Of a stretch of 64,000 nucleotides of DNA, positions 60,200-64,000 are shown one piece after another. The notes beneath the pieces are model-generated. The model searched no databases, was not told the origin of the DNA, and saw only the letters and a program-made list of their open reading frames with translations. Position 1 is the first letter of the stretch. Every line of letters starts with the position of its first letter. Position numbers and translations under genes: made by a program. Source of the stretch: Ginglymostoma cirratum (taxonomy: Eukaryota); assembly GCA_024137785.1 (NCBI GenBank), contig JAHRHZ010000105.1, positions 6,328,219-6,392,218 of the forward strand, read 5' to 3'.

Positions 60200-61760
60200 T
60201 TGCCTGAGTTTTGAGTCAAATGTGATTCTTCTTAAATGGAGGGATGGTAGAAAGGTGGTGGATTTTATGCAATTGAAATGGAGGGACAAAGAACAAAGGG
60301 GAAATTCTAAGATAGGGTGGAGGATGAGAGGCTTTAAACAATAAATACATAATGGAGCAAAAGGCAGAAGGAGTGGTGATGATCATCATAAAGCAACAAA
60401 CAAATGGTCCAGAGTGATTGTCAATAGCAGAATAATGAACAGATCTGTCTGAAGTGAAAACATGAAAACAGAATACAGATTGGATACAGACAGGCATTTG
60501 GCAAACAAAAATCAAAAGAAAGGAGGGAATCATGGTCCAAAGTTGTTGCTGCTGAGTCCAGACTATGCCAGCCAGGAGCAGAAGTAGACCATTCAATAAA
60601 ATCATGGTCGGACTCACTATTACCTGAAATCAGCATTCCTGCAAACCCCCCCACGATAACCTTTCACCCCCTTACTTACCAAGAATCTATCTGGTTCTGC
60701 ATTAAAAAGTATTCAAGGACTCTTTTTCTACCAGATGCTCAGGAAAAGAACATTCTTATAAGAGAAACTAATTCACCTCATCTCTATGTTATATGGGCAA
60801 CCCCTGATTTTTAAACAGTCCCCCAGTTCTAGATTCTCCCATGAAAGGAAACATCCTCTCCACATCTACCCGATTGAGAAACCTCAGGATTTTATTCAAG
60901 CAAGTTGCCCCTTCCTCTCCTAAACTCCAGTGGATACAAGCCAAGCCTGTCCAGCCTTTTTATATTAGACAACCCACCCATTCCAGGCATTAGACTGGTA
61001 AACCTTCTCTGAACTACTTCCAACACATTTACATCCTGTCTTAAATAAGGAATGTAATACTGCGCACAGTACTCCAGATGTGGCCTCACCAGTTGCCTGT
61101 AGAAGCACAATCTCCCTACTTTTATATTCAATCCCCCTCACAATAAATGATAACATTCTATTCACTCTCCCACTTACTTGCTGTATGTGCATATTAGCCT
61201 TGTCTGATTCACACACCAGAACATACGTATCTCACTGCATCTTAGAGCTTAGCAATCTCTCGCCATTTACGCAACATACATCTTTTTTATTGTTTCTGCT
61301 AAAAAGGAGTCTTCTGCATTTTTGGAAAACTGTCATGTGCCAAATCAGAAGAAGAGGTGCTGTTCAGTAAGCTTGGGCTGAGCTTCAATGAAACCTTGCA
61401 ACAGGTCAAGGTCGGAAATGTGAGTGAGGGAACAGGGTGATGAATTAACATGGCAAGCAAGCTGAAAATGTCGCTGGGTCATGCTTGCAAATTGAACACA
61501 GCTGATCTTCAAAGTGCTCACTCGGTCTGCATTTCGTTTCCACAATTAAGAGACTCCATTGTGAGCCACAATGCAATATATCTAAACTGAAAGAAGTGCA
61601 AGAAAATCACCTCTTCCCCTAAAATGAGTATCCAGGAACTTGAATGGAAGGAGAGGAGGTAAAAGCAAAGGTGTTGCCACACCCTTGATTCCATGGGAAT
61701 ATTCCGTGGGAAGGAAACGAGATGTATGGGGGTCATAGAAGACTGGACTCTTCAGAATAA
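60200..61760 (-). mobile_element. Old Penelope element (3' UTR plus degenerate GIY-YIG), split by a CR1; its terminus lies at ~55815-55876
   Basis: 61325-61620 is homologous to the GIY-YIG region at 18950-19230 (GAGGTGCTGTTC...TCTGCATTTCGTTTCCAC...GCAATATA); purine-rich UTR at 60230-60560. Confidence 0.6.
60570..61320 (-). mobile_element. CR1 LINE 3' fragment
   Basis: YRQLVRPHLEYCAQY..PYLRQDV..LEVVQRRFT.LMPGMGGLS...RLDRLGLYPLEFRR.RG. Confidence 0.9.
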
Positions 61761-62669
61761 TAGCAAAAGCAGGGACAGGAAGAATGCATTTTTCTGGTGT
61801 TCATTGAGCAATAATTGTCATGACACCAGGGATATCTCCTCTGTATATCTTCAAAATAGCCCCATGATCTTTACAGCTATCCGTGCAGACAGGCAGAGTT
61901 TATCATCTCATGCAACATAACATTCCTATAGTACCGTAGTGGAGTGTCAGTCTTAATTGCTGTGTTCAATCTCTGGAGTGGGACTTAAACCCAGAATGAT
62001 AGGCAAAAAGTACTACCAACTGAGCCATAAATGATGTTTTTGCTGTGTTAAAGACACAATATAAATGCAGATAATTGTTGAGTGTGTGGTGGAGTTGGGG
62101 GATGTCAGTAAAATGATGGTCATCTAGCATTTTGGCCCACCAGCTAAAATTTTTAGTTTTAATTATTTAGTTGCTACTTACATATGGTGTAGACCAGATA
62201 TTGGGCTCTGTTCAACCATGACAACTGTTAACAGGCAGCATTTTAAAAATTAACCATTGATAATTAGTTTGGGCTTTCTCACTAATTGCAAGTATTTCCA
62301 TCCACATGTATTTGGTTCAGAAAGGATTTGGTCTAAAAATATCACCAGTGCAGCACCTGTAAGTTCTTTATTGCACACAGCTGCCAGTGCCCAAGGCTCC
62401 AATGTTACATTTACCTAAGTTGCAGAGCAGTCTCCATAACAGCTCACACAACATGAAGAAAGAACTCAAGTGCAAAAAATTGTGATTGATAAGACTCCCT
62501 TGTGGTTTAACAATTTAAAAATAAACATTGTCCTCTGTGCTAAATGTTAGGCCCCAGCTGGGGCATTATAACCAATGCTGGGTGCAAGACTTTTGGTAGG
62601 ATGGCAAAGCCTTGGAGATGGTGCGGAAAAGATTTCCCAGAATAATCGCAGGCATTTTTAATTTTTTAA

Positions 62670-63935
62670 AAAGTTCATTCACGGGATTTGGGCATTGCTG
62701 GTTAGTCCAATGTTTCTACCCAATCATAATTGCTCTGGAGAACGTGATAGTGAGTTCATTTTCGAGTTACTGCAGTCTATGTGGGGTAGGTAGACCAACA
62801 GTGATGTTAGGAAAGGAGTTCCAGGAGTTTGACCCAGCAATAGTGAAGCAATGCTGATATATTTCCAAGTCAGGTTGGTGAGTAGCTAGGAAGGCACCTT
62901 GCAGGTGATGGTCTTCCTGTGCATCAGCTGCCCTCATCCTTCTAGAAGTCAAGGGTTTGGGAGTGATGTCACAGGACCCTCGGTGTTGTGTTGCAATGCA
63001 TCTATTAGATAATACACACTGCTGCCTTCATGTGTTGGTTATGGTGGTAATGTTGAAGGCATGGAAGTGGTGCCAATCAAGTGGGTCAATTTGTATTGGA
63101 CGATGCCAAGATTTTTGAGTGTTGTTGGAGCTGCACTCATTCAGGCAAGTGTGGAATATTCTATCGCATTCCTGGTTTTGAGGAATCAAGATGTGACTTA
63201 CTTAGCATAGAATCCACGGCTTCTCACCTGCCACAGTATTTATATGGCTGGTCCAGTTCAGTTTCTGGTCAATGGATACCTTAAAGATGCTAGTGGTAGA
63301 AAATTCATTGATGGTGATGCCACTGAATGTCATGGATCAGTGGTTGGATTAATCTCTAACTGGAGATGTCATTGCCTGGTACTTGTGTGTTGCATGCCAC
63401 TTATCGAAGTCTGAATGTTGTCCAAATCTTGCTGCATATGGACAGAAATGCTTCAGTATCTGGGGAGTCACGAATGGTGCTGAATATTGTGCAGTCATTA
63501 GCATACATTTCCACTTCTCATAAAAGCAAAATACTACAGATGCTGACTTCTGACTTCATGTAGGAAGGAAGGTAATTGATGAAGCAGCTGAAGATGATTG
63601 GGTCTAGAACACTATCCTGAGTGACTTTTGTGCTGATGTCCTGACTGCCTCCCACCAACCTCAACAAACTTCTTTTGTGCTGGGTATGATTACAAACAGT
63701 GAAGAGTTTCCCACTGATTCCCATCAACTCAAGTTTTATTTGGTCTCCTTCATGGAACAGTCAAATGTTGCCTTGATATTCAGGACAGTCAACCCTCACG
63801 TCCTCCCCTGAGTTCAGTTCTTTTGGCTATGCTTAGATCAAGGCTGTAATACACTCGGGAGCTTAGTGGCACCAGCAAAACCCAAACAGAACATCAGTGA
63901 GCAGCTTATTGCTGAGTAAGTGCTGCATGATGCAG
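62670..63935 (-). mobile_element. CR1/L2-clade LINE (family B), fragmented
   Basis: GGGAGTTCCAGGA-like and TTCCAAGTCAGG segments as at 44050-44110; minus-strand QDSVLDPIIFSCFINYLPS (RT QGSVLGP motif). Confidence 0.75.
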
Positions 63936-64000
63936 CAATTCAATGAAGCTGACTGCTGTGTTCATATTACGAGCAGGTTTGAGGAAACTTTGAGAGACAA

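Overview
This window is eukaryotic, repeat-rich, non-coding DNA. Its repeat families suggest a cartilaginous fish, probably a shark (inference): CR1/HER1-type LINEs, HE1/V-SINE and Deu-type SINEs, Neptune-type Penelope elements, a Tx1/L1-like LINE, a Harbinger relic and small solo LTRs. I found no host protein-coding gene; every ORF with recognisable homology is a broken transposon remnant. About 1-17.2 kb and 36.4-38.0 kb are visibly CpG-retaining and hold unique blocks resembling enhancers of a nearby developmental regulator, while the rest is CpG-depleted and TE-dense. The most striking system is a family of ~90-200 bp Penelope-derived mini-elements (at least 12 copies). They carry a minimal hammerhead ribozyme core (CUGANGA-A-stem II-GAAACGUC) that could only fold as a dimer, many have 11-17 bp target-site duplications, several are head-to-head hairpins, and they sit beside both 400-N assembly gaps. 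Family names come from motif recognition by eye, not database searches, and boundaries of old repeats are approximate.
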